In this document: positions 1-9,670 of the stretch, piece by piece
Layout of the letters: each line of letters opens with the position of its first letter
How positions within the stretch are numbered: the first letter of the stretch is position 1
Origin: an uncultured Bacteroidales bacterium
Lineage (GTDB): Bacteria > Bacteroidota > Bacteroidia > Bacteroidales > VadinHA17
Assembly (NCBI GenBank): GCA_963732435.1
Contig: CAVSZL010000013.1
Span: 129,605-193,604, forward strand
Length of the DNA stretch: 64,000 nucleotides
Reading direction: 5' to 3'
The notes under the pieces: model-generated
The model's database searches: none
Seen by the model: the letters and a program-made list of their open reading frames with translations, nothing else
Told to the model about the DNA's origin: nothing
Program-made: the position numbers and the translations under genes

Positions 1-2
1 TG

Positions 3-1304
3 GGAGGGGTAATTGATGTAGCCGGCTTTGAAAAAGATCTTTTTTACTTCTATAAAAGTCAATGGACCAAAGAACCTATGGCGCATATTCTGCCACATTG
101 GACACATCCTAACATGCCAGAAGGGACAGTTGTGCCGGTTTGGGTGTATTCTAATGCAGAGGAAGTTGAACTTTTCCTGAATGGTAAATCACTCGGGAAA
201 GACAAACCCGGTTCCAGTTGGAATGAAATGCAGTGTGAATGGCTGGTTCCATATAAAGAAGGAAAACTGGAAGCCGTTGCCTTAAATGGAGGTAAACAGG
301 TATCTAGAGATGTAATGCCTACTGCCACCGTCCCTTCAGGTTTAAGACAAAGTGTGGAAAAGTTAAATGGCGAAGATGGTGTCAATGATTATTTTATTAT
401 TACAACCGATGGGATTGATAATAATAAAAATCTTTATCCTTATGCCGAAAACAGAGTTTATTACCATCTCAATGGTGACATTCGTCTGGTTTCGCTTGAA
501 AACGGAGATCCTGTAGATTCAGTTAATCAGGTAACGTCGGATTACCGTAAACTATTTATGGGTAAAACACGTGCTTTCTTACAATCAACAGGTAAATCTG
601 GATTGGCAACCGTTACAATTGGCTCAATATTAGGAGACAAGCCGCTTTATATCTCAAAAAGTATTACAATTGTTGCTGACCAGTTATTTATGGAAGGAGA
701 TAGATCTGATAACAGGTTAATAATAAAATATACTACCAACGGAGAGGACCCGCTGATTAAAGGTGAAAGGTATAAAACACCATTTGATATTACAGATGGA
801 ACTACAGTAAAAGCAGTAGTTATGGAAAACGATATTGTAATTATGTCAATGTCTGAAACTTTTGGTAAAAATGAAGGCTTTTTTATAGGTGATGATAAAA
901 CAAAAAATCCCTGGAATGGTAGGGGCTATGCTCTTCAGGCAGAAGATGCTACCTTTAACGGAGCAGTAAAACAAACTGTCGGGAAAGACTACAGGGGGGA
1001 AGGTTTTTTAGATTTCCGGCAGAATGAGGGATTTGTAAAATGGTTTCAGGAAAATGATGGAGATGAAGGAAGCTTTTCACTTACATTTCGTTATACCCAT
1101 AATTATCAAAGTAGTACTTGTCCGATGACTTTATATGTGAATGATAAAGTTATAAAAGTTATTGACTTTGAACCAACAGGCTCATGGAATGATGACTGGA
1201 AAGAGATCAGCCTTACTGTGCCATTTAAAATTGGAGCAAATTACATTGAGTTAAGATCAACCGGATATAAGTCACCTAATATTGATGTAGTGACAATAGA
1301 ATAA
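3..1304 (+). CDS. Glycoside hydrolase family 2 (beta-galactosidase-like), C-terminal part; 5' end lies outside the window
   Basis: Frame 3 is open from the window edge (GGVIDVAGFEKDLFYFYKSQWTKEPMAHILPHWTHP...), matching the conserved GH2 segment after the catalytic barrel. Followed by an Fn3/CHB_HEX_C-like module (IIKYTTNGEDP..YKTPFDI) and a CBM6/35-like module (YALQAEDATFNG..). Confidence 0.8.
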   Translation, partial: GGVIDVAGFEKDLFYFYKSQWTKEPMAHILPHWTHPNMPEGTVVPVWVYSNAEEVELFLNGKSLGKDKPGSSWNEMQCEWLVPYKEGKLEAVALNGGKQVSRDVMPTATVPSGLRQSVEKLNGEDGVNDYFIITTDGIDNNKNLYPYAENRVYYHLNGDIRLVSLENGDPVDSVNQVTSDYRKLFMGKTRAFLQSTGKSGLATVTIGSILGDKPLYISKSITIVADQLFMEGDRSDNRLIIKYTTNGEDPLIKGERYKTPFDITDGTTVKAVVMENDIVIMSMSETFGKNEGFFIGDDKTKNPWNGRGYALQAEDATFNGAVKQTVGKDYRGEGFLDFRQNEGFVKWFQENDGDEGSFSLTFRYTHNYQSSTCPMTLYVNDKVIKVIDFEPTGSWNDDWKEISLTVPFKIGANYIELRSTGYKSPNIDVVTIE

Positions 1305-1421
1305 TTATTTTAAACATTTTTATAAAAGCTTAAGCTCTGAAATTGAAAAAAGATGTAGTTATCAAATTTAAAATATTATCTTAAACTGATACTTTTGTTA
1401 ACGGAAAATAAATACTGCAAA

Positions 1422-4073
1422 ATGAAAAATATTAACTCTGAATCAGACAATTATAATGCCACCCGAAGGCAATTTATAAAGCAGTCAGCTTTAGCAGGTG
1501 GCACTTTGATGTTACCCGGATTACTTTCTTCATATATTTTGCGGGATAGTTCACCTATAGTAAGCGATGGCGTACTTGAAAAACAAATTATAAATGAGGG
1601 TTGGAAGATAAAGTCATTTCCTCCGGGACATACAATGGCCTCAAATGATTTTTCAGATACTGTTGAAGTTTCCGAAAAAAAAGAGTGGCTTCCAGTTCCT
1701 GTAATGCCTGCAATGCCACATGAGATTCTTCTGTTTCATAATAAAATTGAGGATCCGGTAAGACCATTCGCAATGGAGAAATGTTACTGGGTATCGGAAA
1801 AGGACTGGGTATACAGCGTAACATTTGTTGCGAAAAAGACAAAAGGCGAGAGCAGACTCATTTTCGCGGGTCTTAAAGGGCCTGTAAGAGTATACCTGAA
1901 TAACAAAGAGATTGCTTCGCATAGTGACATGTCCGTTCCACTCATTGCGGATGTTACAGGCCTTTTACTTTCCAAAAACGTACTTGTATTACATTTTGCA
2001 AAAGCTGCTCCTGACAGAAAGAAAGAAGATAAGGATCCTTCTTTACGTATGCCGTTAGGAAGCTATCTGGGTCCAAACCCTATGATTTACACATCAGGAA
2101 TATTTGACTCTATTACTCTTGAGAATTATGATGGTATCCTTTTTAAAGAGATAATTACAGGTTTTTCTCTGGATGAATCCTTAACAAATGGGACTTTAAA
2201 TATTGAAGTTTCAGGTATTAGCAGATTATCAAATATCAAGGTAAAGGTAAATTTTTATGGGCCTGATATGAAACTAGTTACTACATCAGAAATGCCGATT
2301 AAGTTGTCTGATGGAGAATTCAACGGACAATTGGTATTAAGTGTCTCAAACCCCGAACTATGGTATCCAAGAGGTTATGGGGAACAGAAATTATACAAAG
2401 CCGAGATTATTTTACTTTCAAGCGGAAAGCCTCATCAGAGGGAATTTCGTACTATTGGCTTCAGGAGAATAACTATGCCAGAACATCTCCATTTTGTTGT
2501 TAACGGAGTTTCTGTATTAATTCTTGGTGGAGCCCGGGTTACTCCAAATCTTTTAAGCGACGTATGGGATCAAAACCGTGAGGATACTCTCTTTACAATG
2601 GCTGAAAATGCCAATTTCAATGCTTTCCGGATATGGGGACCCTCCCCGTCGGAACCCAATACCCAGTTTTATCAAATGGCTGATGAAAGAGGATTCCTTC
2701 TCTGGCAGGATTTTCCTGAGTTACCTCTCGGACCGGATAAGCAGAATATCCTTTACAGTGTTGAGAAGGCAACACGGTTCTTAAATAAAGTAAAACATCA
2801 CCCTTCAATACTTTGCTGGTGCGGAGGTAATGAAGCAGCTCAGTGGGCACATGAAGATTATAACAAGGATTTTACAGACCACGGACCATGGCAGGGATTG
2901 CCAGCAGCTGAAGCAGTTGGTGAAATGTGTAATAAACTGGACCCTGACAGATATTATCAGCCAAGTTCGCCATACTTTGGAATGAATCCTAATGATCCGC
3001 GAGAAGGAAATACTCATGGTTATACAAATATGTGGTTTGTACCTGGTTATGATTATCTGAACTTTGCAAGTGAAGATACCCGTATTGCCGCACCTGCATT
3101 AAAAAGCATGAAAAGGTTCATGAAGCCTGAAGAAATCTGTCCCGAAGGTTATACAACTATTGCACATTTCGGAAATATTTATCCTTTTCCACAGACATGG
3201 CTCCCTTATACAACAGCTGAGGGTTGGAAAAAAACCGGTCCTGTTGAACAGTTTTATGATGCAACTGACGATGCATCACTCGTCAACAGAATTGGTATAG
3301 CTGAAGGTTTGTATTATATGGATACAGTTGAAAGGCAACGAAGAGGCCGCCCATCTGAAGAAACAGGTAATCGTCGCAGCTGCGGAGGATATATCGTCTG
3401 GAAATATAATGATTCATGGCCTGAGGTATATGCTGCCAAAGTTGACTATTTTCTTGAACCATACCATGCCTATTACTTTCTAAAAAGAGCTTATGCACCA
3501 GTAATTCTCTCTTTTGATATTGATACCTTTATCTATTTATGGGTTGTAAATGATAGCCTGGAACCAGTGACGGGAACAGTAAAAATTCAGCTTTACCATC
3601 TGGAATTATGCCAGTTCAGAAAAGAAATTATAACAAATGTTACAATTTCACCGGGTAAATCAAAGGTTGTTGTTCAGTTAGATAAGGAAGGAATCAGAGC
3701 TTTCAGAAAGGAGCATATCCTTTTTGCGACTTTAACTGATGCAGATAATAAAGTTATAGCCCGAACAAATGCCCTGGCAGATATTGAGAGACGATGTAAA
3801 TTTCCTGATGCGAAACTTGATATCAGGATTGAGAATAATACACTGCTGATCACCACAGATAAATTTGCACGGAATATCAATCTTGAAGGAGATTCTGATG
3901 GGAATAATTTCGGTTGGTTGTTCGAAGATAATTATTTTGACTTATTGCCCGGCGAAGTCAAATCGGTAAGAATTCTTGGGAAACACACTAAAGGAAAAAT
4001 TACAGCAAAACCATGGTATTCACCACACATAGCAACAATAGACTGGCAAAAGACAGTTGTCCAACAGGGATAA
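1422..4073 (+). CDS. GH2 family glycosidase, beta-mannosidase-like, Tat-type signal
   Basis: Twin-arginine n-region ATRRQFIKQSALAGG. GH2 beta-mannosidase-like motifs ELWYPRGYGEQKLY and WCGGNEA. ATG at 1422 preferred over the TTG at 1395 used in the ORF track. Confidence 0.8.
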   Translation: MKNINSESDNYNATRRQFIKQSALAGGTLMLPGLLSSYILRDSSPIVSDGVLEKQIINEGWKIKSFPPGHTMASNDFSDTVEVSEKKEWLPVPVMPAMPHEILLFHNKIEDPVRPFAMEKCYWVSEKDWVYSVTFVAKKTKGESRLIFAGLKGPVRVYLNNKEIASHSDMSVPLIADVTGLLLSKNVLVLHFAKAAPDRKKEDKDPSLRMPLGSYLGPNPMIYTSGIFDSITLENYDGILFKEIITGFSLDESLTNGTLNIEVSGISRLSNIKVKVNFYGPDMKLVTTSEMPIKLSDGEFNGQLVLSVSNPELWYPRGYGEQKLYKAEIILLSSGKPHQREFRTIGFRRITMPEHLHFVVNGVSVLILGGARVTPNLLSDVWDQNREDTLFTMAENANFNAFRIWGPSPSEPNTQFYQMADERGFLLWQDFPELPLGPDKQNILYSVEKATRFLNKVKHHPSILCWCGGNEAAQWAHEDYNKDFTDHGPWQGLPAAEAVGEMCNKLDPDRYYQPSSPYFGMNPNDPREGNTHGYTNMWFVPGYDYLNFASEDTRIAAPALKSMKRFMKPEEICPEGYTTIAHFGNIYPFPQTWLPYTTAEGWKKTGPVEQFYDATDDASLVNRIGIAEGLYYMDTVERQRRGRPSEETGNRRSCGGYIVWKYNDSWPEVYAAKVDYFLEPYHAYYFLKRAYAPVILSFDIDTFIYLWVVNDSLEPVTGTVKIQLYHLELCQFRKEIITNVTISPGKSKVVVQLDKEGIRAFRKEHILFATLTDADNKVIARTNALADIERRCKFPDAKLDIRIENNTLLITTDKFARNINLEGDSDGNNFGWLFEDNYFDLLPGEVKSVRILGKHTKGKITAKPWYSPHIATIDWQKTVVQQG

Positions 4074-4105
4074 ACTAAACTAAACTAAACGAAACGAAAC
4101 GAAAC
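4071..4105. repeat. Pentanucleotide tandem repeat (TAAAC)4(GAAAC)3
   Basis: Read directly: taaac taaac taaac taaac gaaac gaaac gaaac. The first TAA is the stop codon of the upstream GH2 gene. The repeat fills nearly the whole spacer before the GH43 start at 4112. Confidence 0.9.
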
Positions 4106-4111
4106 CGTTAA

Positions 4112-5455
4112 ATGAAAAAATCATTTTTATTTATCTTACTTATAATTACTGGTCAGTTAACCGGATTCTCTAAAAATCCTATTGTAGCAAATGAAGGTGT
4201 ATGCGATCCGCATATCCATATTTTTAATGGCATTGCTTATTGTTATGCAACTCACGACAGGTCAATAGACAGTAAAGGATTTCTAATGGATGACTGGTGG
4301 ATCTGGTCCTCATCCGACCTGGTTAACTGGAAGCTGGAATCATATGTAAAACCAGAGGATACATATCTTAAAAGACCCTTTGAACAATGCTGGGCAACAG
4401 ATGCCGCAACAAAAAATGGAAAATACTATTTCTATTTTTCTGAAGCTAATCAGCAAACCGGAGTAATGGTCAGTGATTCTCCCGCAGGCCCATGGAAAGA
4501 TCCGCTTGGTAAGCCTCTTCTTGACTCGGTCCTGACCCCTACACATGAATATGATATGTCTGTATTAATCGATGATGATGGAACTCCATATCTTCTTTTC
4601 GGTGTTTGGGATTATTATTTGGTCAGACTTAATGAAGATATGATTTCCATGGCTGAACTTCCACGGAAAGTCATTATTAATAATCCTGTAGGACCATACG
4701 GAAAAGGCAAAACAGATGATAAACCAAACCTCCATAAATATAATGGGAAATTCTATTTGTCCTGGGGATGCTTTTATGCCATGTCGGAAAATATTTATGG
4801 GCCGTATGATTATAAAGGTTCAGTAATAAATGCTTCAAGCTTTGCTCCGGGATATGAGAAGCCTACATGGCCAATGGGATTTTTGCAGGGTCGCCATGGT
4901 AATTTTTTTGAATGGAACAACCAATGGTACTTCACTTATTGCGATATAAGCCAGACAGGCAACCGCTATTTTCGCGATTCTTTTATCAGCTATGTTCATT
5001 ATAAGGATAATGGTGAAATGGCAACGATTAGGGTTGATGGAACAGGAGTAGGGGAATATGATGCAAGCCAGCCGGTTATCGAAGCTGAGGACTATTTTAA
5101 ATCTTCCGGAATCAGAAAAACAGGGATAGCAAATGGAGGATTTGCAGTTGATGCTATCGAAAACAATGATTTTCTTGTATTTCCAAATATTAAAGGACTC
5201 AAAAATAAGACAAAGATTGAATTCAGAGTTTTAAAATCCAAAAATGCTACAATTGAAATTCGCAGTTCATCTAACAATGGTACATTATTGGCGACATGTA
5301 AGATTGCCGGGAAAAAGCCGGGTGGAACCTTTGAGAATGTTAGTGTAAGTATTACTGACCCCGGAGATACACAAAGTCTCTGTTTTGTATTTAAGGGAGA
5401 AGGAAAAGAACTATTTCAGTTCGATTCATTTTCATTTAAAGTATGCTTAGATTAA
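4112..5455 (+). CDS. GH43 family glycosidase (arabinofuranosidase/xylosidase-like) with C-terminal CBM6-like module
   Basis: Signal peptide. N-terminal CDPHIHIFNG motif and WWIWSS/propeller-like repeats typical of GH43. C-terminal VIEAEDYFKSSG... CBM6-like beta-sandwich. Confidence 0.8.
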   Translation: MKKSFLFILLIITGQLTGFSKNPIVANEGVCDPHIHIFNGIAYCYATHDRSIDSKGFLMDDWWIWSSSDLVNWKLESYVKPEDTYLKRPFEQCWATDAATKNGKYYFYFSEANQQTGVMVSDSPAGPWKDPLGKPLLDSVLTPTHEYDMSVLIDDDGTPYLLFGVWDYYLVRLNEDMISMAELPRKVIINNPVGPYGKGKTDDKPNLHKYNGKFYLSWGCFYAMSENIYGPYDYKGSVINASSFAPGYEKPTWPMGFLQGRHGNFFEWNNQWYFTYCDISQTGNRYFRDSFISYVHYKDNGEMATIRVDGTGVGEYDASQPVIEAEDYFKSSGIRKTGIANGGFAVDAIENNDFLVFPNIKGLKNKTKIEFRVLKSKNATIEIRSSSNNGTLLATCKIAGKKPGGTFENVSVSITDPGDTQSLCFVFKGEGKELFQFDSFSFKVCLD

Positions 5456-5769
5456 ATAATTGGCAATAATCACTTTGTAAAAATAGCCCGCAAGAAAGTC
5501 AGGGAATCTGAGATTGTCTAATACTTGTAGTCTTTGCAGGAAATAAATGAAGTGGTTGTCAATTTAAAGGTTGATTCGATTAATTTATTTTTTTTATGAA
5601 ATTGTAAAAGCATTTCCTCAACGGCAAAAGAGATTTACTTGATGGACAACCACCTATTCATGAAAAACTGGGCAGCTAATCCCTTATATCAGAAAATTTC
5701 TGAAATCTTTTTGTATAATATTGATATTCAAGGCATTTAAGCTATACTATAAGAATTCCTTCTGTTTAA

Positions 5770-5799
5770 GTAGTGGTAACTATTGATTATTGAGTCTTA
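5770..5799 (+). promoter_or_regulatory. Two-box motif GTAGTGGTA-N15-GTCTTA (ECF-sigma-like promoter candidate), copy 1
   Basis: gtagtggta at 5770-5778 and gtctta at 5794-5799. Same boxes and identical 15-nt spacing occur at 12269 and 15210. Confidence 0.4.
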
Positions 5800-5865
5800 C
5801 AAATATAAGTCAAATTTAATATAGTGAGCTAGATCATTTATATTTTGCAAGTAACTTCATAAAGG

Positions 5866-6072
5866 ATGAAAAAAACCAACGTTATGTCGAACCCACCCGC
5901 AATAGAGATACCTTTCAGGGAACAATCCCTGCTACCTACACTGCCATACTTTTTGAATTGCAGTACTATTTCAAGTCATAGAAGAATCTGTCATGTACTC
6001 TTCCAGAAAATATCGCCTGAATTGATGACAAAGTTAGATCCACAGAGTTATTTTCAAACAAATCACCTTTGA
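5866..6072 (+). other. Small ORF (68 aa), copy A of a duplicated ~120-nt module (5866-5998 matches 8609-8725)
   Basis: MKKTNVMSNPPAIEI..LNCSTISSHRRIC aligns with MKETDVMSKSPAMEI..LNCSTTSSQRIVC at 8609. Differences include synonymous changes and one in-frame 12-nt indel. Confidence 0.3.
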
Positions 6073-6082
6073 GAGGTGAAAA

Positions 6083-6337
6083 TTGACCGGAGGGAACTAT
6101 CCCCTGGAAGGAGACTTTCATGATTATTTCAACTATCGCTTCCAAACTCACGCTACTGACAAATTAAACGACATTATACTCATGGCAACTCTGGGTAAGT
6201 ATTATGCCTATAAAAATGCCGGCTCAACTAACGTGGCTTTGTATTGTGAAACCCTAGATGAAAAGTACCAGAAAATAGGAATATACAAATCATTGAATTT
6301 CCGGATTTCAAAAAACAATTATTATGAAGTTTTTTAA
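6083..6337 (+). pseudogene. Remnant of the C-terminus of a paralog of the downstream GH-like gene
   Basis: LNDIILMATLGKYYAYKNAGSTNVALYCET aligns with LHDINVIAQLGKYYAHKIAGSAYVAVYRKT near the C-terminus of the 6324-8489 product. No upstream body is present. Confidence 0.55.
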
Positions 6338-8489
6338 AAGAATTGTGAAGGGTGTAATGATATCCATATTATTGGCTTTGTCCTCAGGATGTTTTAATAA
6401 ACCAGAGGTTGTAAAAATTTATGCTGAATCTGATGCAGGTCCGGTAAAATTTGCAGTTGAAGAAATAAAAATGGCTTGTGCTGAAAAGGATATTCCATTT
6501 GAGCAAACAGACAAGCAAAGTGCAAACGTTTTACTTACATTTCAAAATAATTCTGACTCTTTGAAACATGAAGGATTCTCGCTGAAAAACCATGGAACTA
6601 AAATAGTGGTAAGTGGTGCCGATGAAGAAGGAGTGATGTATGGAGGCTTGGAATTGGCAGAACAAGTCAGGTTTTTTGGCCTCGCAGGCGTAAAAGAGGT
6701 TGTACAAAATCCCTATATGGAATTGAGAGGCATTAAGTTGAATATTCCCTTAGATGTGCGCACACCCAGCTATAGCGACATTTGCGATGTTACACAAAAT
6801 AACATCCCTGAAATGTGGAATATGGACTTCTGGAAAGAATACATTGACGATTTAGCCCGTTATCGCTACAACTTCATTTCTTTATGGAATTTACACCCTT
6901 TCCCATCTATGGTTAAAGTTCCCGGGTATGAAGATATTGCGTTGGACGATATAGAGCGCGCAGTAGGAGATCCCGAAGAACTGTATGGAAAATTTAAGAA
7001 AGATTTTGATAATCCTGAATTATTGAAGCGTACAGAGATTGTTAAGAAGATTACCATTGAGGAAAAAATGAAATTTTGGCAAGACGTAATGGCCTATGGG
7101 AAAAGCAGAAATGTTGACTTTTATATTATCACCTGGAATATTTTTGTTTATGGAACCAATGGTAAGCATGGTTTATCAGAAAATATTAAAAACAAAGCAA
7201 ACCTCGATTATTTTAGAAAATCCATAAAGCAAATGTATATAACCTATCCAGATTTAGCAGGTATTGGGTTAACAGCTGGTGAAAATATGGATGGAGCTAC
7301 CTTTGATGAAAAAGAAGACTGGGCTTATAACACCTATGCAAAAGGTTTGCTCGATGCTGTTACAGAAATTCCCAATAGGAAATTTACCTTTATTCACCGT
7401 CAGCACATGACTGGGGTTAAAGAGATTGCTAAAAAATTTGAAGAAGTAATTAATCACAAACAGATAGATTTTTTGTTCAGCTACAAATATGCCAAAGCAC
7501 ATGTATACAGCTCTGTTAAACAGCCATATCATGCTGATTTTGTGAAGGACATGGAAGGAATGAAAACCTTATGGGAACTCAGAAACGACGATATATACTA
7601 TTTTCGATGGGGAGCTCCCGATTTTGTGCGCGAGTTCATGTTAAATATACCAAAAGAGGTTTCCGGAGGTTTTCATTATGGTTCTGATCAATGGATTTGG
7701 GGGCGTGAGTTTACATCAAAAAATGTTGAAGAACCACGCAAAATAGAATTGGTAAAGCATTGGTATCACTTTATGATGTGGGGTCGATTGGGCTATGATC
7801 CAAACCTTTCCAATGATCGGTTTATTGCCATGCTACAATCGAAATTCCCAAAAACAGATGGGAAGAAACTCTTTACGGCCTGGCAGGAAGCATCCATAAT
7901 TTATCCAACAACCACAGCTTTTCACTGGGGCCCGCTGGATTTCATGTGGTATATCGAAGCTTGTAAAAGCAGACCACAAAACGCAACTACCGCATCCGGA
8001 TTTCATAGTGTTGAAGATTTCATTCAAATCCCTGTTCATGAGCTTTCGGGTTTTCAATCAATTCCCGAATACGCAAAAATGGTTGCGGCAGACTCAACAA
8101 CAACATTAAAGACTCCAATTCAGGTATCCGAAATATTGCATATGCATTCCAATAAAGCCCTTTCAATACTAGCTGAATTAAAAGCGGATGAAGATAAAGA
8201 ACTGGCTGCTACGTTGCACGACATTAATGTGATTGCCCAATTAGGTAAATACTACGCGCACAAAATTGCAGGTTCAGCTTACGTTGCCGTTTATCGTAAA
8301 ACAAAAGATAAAGGTATTCAAGAACAAGCGATTATTGAACTTACACAGGCCTTGGATTACTTTAGAAAATTTGTTTCACTGGCTATGGAACAACACAAAA
8401 ACCCTATATGGATGAACAGGGTACTAGATGTGAATTGGGTAGAATTGATTACTGAAGCAGAGAAGGATATTGATATTGCAAAACACTGA
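6324..8489 (+). CDS. Uncharacterised putative glycoside hydrolase, paralog 1 (lipoprotein signal)
   Basis: 721-aa ORF with signal ending LALSSGC. N-terminal GVMYGGLELAEQ motif is reminiscent of the alpha/beta N-domain of GH20/GH67/GH115 enzymes. Clearly homologous over its length to 9671-11932 (RGIKLNIPLDVRTPSYSD vs RGIKFNIPLDLRTPSYSD). Confidence 0.55.
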   Translation: MKFFKRIVKGVMISILLALSSGCFNKPEVVKIYAESDAGPVKFAVEEIKMACAEKDIPFEQTDKQSANVLLTFQNNSDSLKHEGFSLKNHGTKIVVSGADEEGVMYGGLELAEQVRFFGLAGVKEVVQNPYMELRGIKLNIPLDVRTPSYSDICDVTQNNIPEMWNMDFWKEYIDDLARYRYNFISLWNLHPFPSMVKVPGYEDIALDDIERAVGDPEELYGKFKKDFDNPELLKRTEIVKKITIEEKMKFWQDVMAYGKSRNVDFYIITWNIFVYGTNGKHGLSENIKNKANLDYFRKSIKQMYITYPDLAGIGLTAGENMDGATFDEKEDWAYNTYAKGLLDAVTEIPNRKFTFIHRQHMTGVKEIAKKFEEVINHKQIDFLFSYKYAKAHVYSSVKQPYHADFVKDMEGMKTLWELRNDDIYYFRWGAPDFVREFMLNIPKEVSGGFHYGSDQWIWGREFTSKNVEEPRKIELVKHWYHFMMWGRLGYDPNLSNDRFIAMLQSKFPKTDGKKLFTAWQEASIIYPTTTAFHWGPLDFMWYIEACKSRPQNATTASGFHSVEDFIQIPVHELSGFQSIPEYAKMVAADSTTTLKTPIQVSEILHMHSNKALSILAELKADEDKELAATLHDINVIAQLGKYYAHKIAGSAYVAVYRKTKDKGIQEQAIIELTQALDYFRKFVSLAMEQHKNPIWMNRVLDVNWVELITEAEKDIDIAKH

Positions 8490-8504
8490 CCTAAATTCGA
8501 TACT

Positions 8505-8576
8505 ATGAAAACCAAAGGCAGAACCTTTATTTCAACTGCGCTTGCCGGAAGCGCTTTTTCCTGTATTGCCGGATAG
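8505..8576 (+). pseudogene. 23-codon remnant resembling a Tat/lipoprotein signal of a lost gene
   Basis: MKTKGRTFISTALAGSAFSCIAG then stop. Resembles the RRxFIKxxALAGAA signals of periplasmic oxidoreductases, but the twin Arg is degenerate and no mature domain follows. Confidence 0.3.
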
Positions 8577-8608
8577 ATAATTATATTCAGTAAGTAACAG
8601 CATAAAGT

Positions 8609-8785
8609 ATGAAAGAAACCGACGTCATGTCGAAGTCACCCGCAATGGAGATACAATCCCTGCTGCCTGCACAACCAGAAGGTTTGAATTGCAGTACTAC
8701 TTCGAGTCAGAGAATTGTCTGTTGGAAGCGACGCTTTTCTCTCCTCTCGCGGTCGATCTTACAAATGTGCCTATTTTATCGTTAG
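8609..8785 (+). other. Small ORF (58 aa), copy B of the duplicated module
   Basis: ATG at 8609, TAG at 8783-8785. Below the ORF-track length cutoff. Aligns in frame with 5866-5998. Confidence 0.3.
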
Positions 8786-8901
8786 CCGCCCTACATGAAG
8801 CTATCACAATAAAACAATTTCTTTATTGCAAATTAGCTGACCTTAGTAATATAGATTAAGATGCAAGTTAATGATTATGAACAAACTAATTAAGTAAGTA
8901 T

Positions 8902-9639
8902 ATGAAATCACTAAACAAGAATTTTTATAGGTTTTATCAAACGATATTTGTCATTTTGTTTCAATTAACTTCCCTGATGGCTCAAAAGGACAACGCTCCC
9001 TGGATTTCATTATTTAACGGCAGTAATTTGACTGGATGGAAAATTGTTGGAAGCAAAGGTAATGTAATTATCAGGGATGGGGCAATTACATGCAACATGG
9101 TAGTTAATACAATTGAACATACTTTTATTTGTTCGCAGGAAAAATATACAGATTTCATCCTCGAAATGGATGTTAAAACAGATAGCATTTATAACACAGG
9201 TATTCTTATACGATGTGTCGACGCCCAAAAAAATGTTGATTCTACCAGGGTACGGCTTTACGGTTACCAGATAAAAATAGATCCGACACCTCGCAGATGG
9301 ACGGGAGGTATATTCGATGATTATGGCAAAACATGGCATTGGTTTTATTCTCTGGCAAATGACCCCAGAGCAATGGGAGCCTATTCTATAGGTCAATGGA
9401 ATCATTTCAGAATTGAAGCCATCGGATCCGGAATCAGGGTTTGGGTTAATGGAATCCCAACTGCAAATATGATAAATAAGAAATACACTAAAGGATATAT
9501 TGCTATTAAAATACATGCCTTAGGTGACAAGCCTGAACAGGAAAAGATCTTTGGGCAGTTCAAAAATATCAGGATCATAAAGAAAAATCCTGAAAAGTAT
9601 CTGAAACCAATGGATATAAATGCACGAGAGGTTAATTAA
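8902..9639 (+). CDS. DUF1080 / 3-keto-disaccharide hydrolase-like (LamG-fold) secreted protein
   Basis: WISLFNGSNLTGWKIVG..., GILIRC, GYQIKIDP...WTGGIFD and WNHFRIEAIGSGIRVWVNGIPT form the characteristic DUF1080 pattern. Confidence 0.8.
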   Translation: MKSLNKNFYRFYQTIFVILFQLTSLMAQKDNAPWISLFNGSNLTGWKIVGSKGNVIIRDGAITCNMVVNTIEHTFICSQEKYTDFILEMDVKTDSIYNTGILIRCVDAQKNVDSTRVRLYGYQIKIDPTPRRWTGGIFDDYGKTWHWFYSLANDPRAMGAYSIGQWNHFRIEAIGSGIRVWVNGIPTANMINKKYTKGYIAIKIHALGDKPEQEKIFGQFKNIRIIKKNPEKYLKPMDINAREVN

Positions 9640-9670
9640 ATCAGAATGAGAAACTAAATATCACACGTAA

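Noticed and set aside
9010-9516. Antisense or alternative-frame ORFs inside long, well-supported genes. Examples: 9010-9516(-), 12873-13202(-), 22069-22446(-), 29945-30376(+), 33606-33998(+), 34398-34769(+), 45556-45912(+), 56643-57047(-), 57625-57993(-), and the other 60-140-aa entries of the ORF track.
   Set aside because: Each lies wholly within a longer ORF on the other strand or frame whose product has clear family motifs. Their translations are low-complexity with no recognisable motifs, which is expected by chance in AT-rich DNA.
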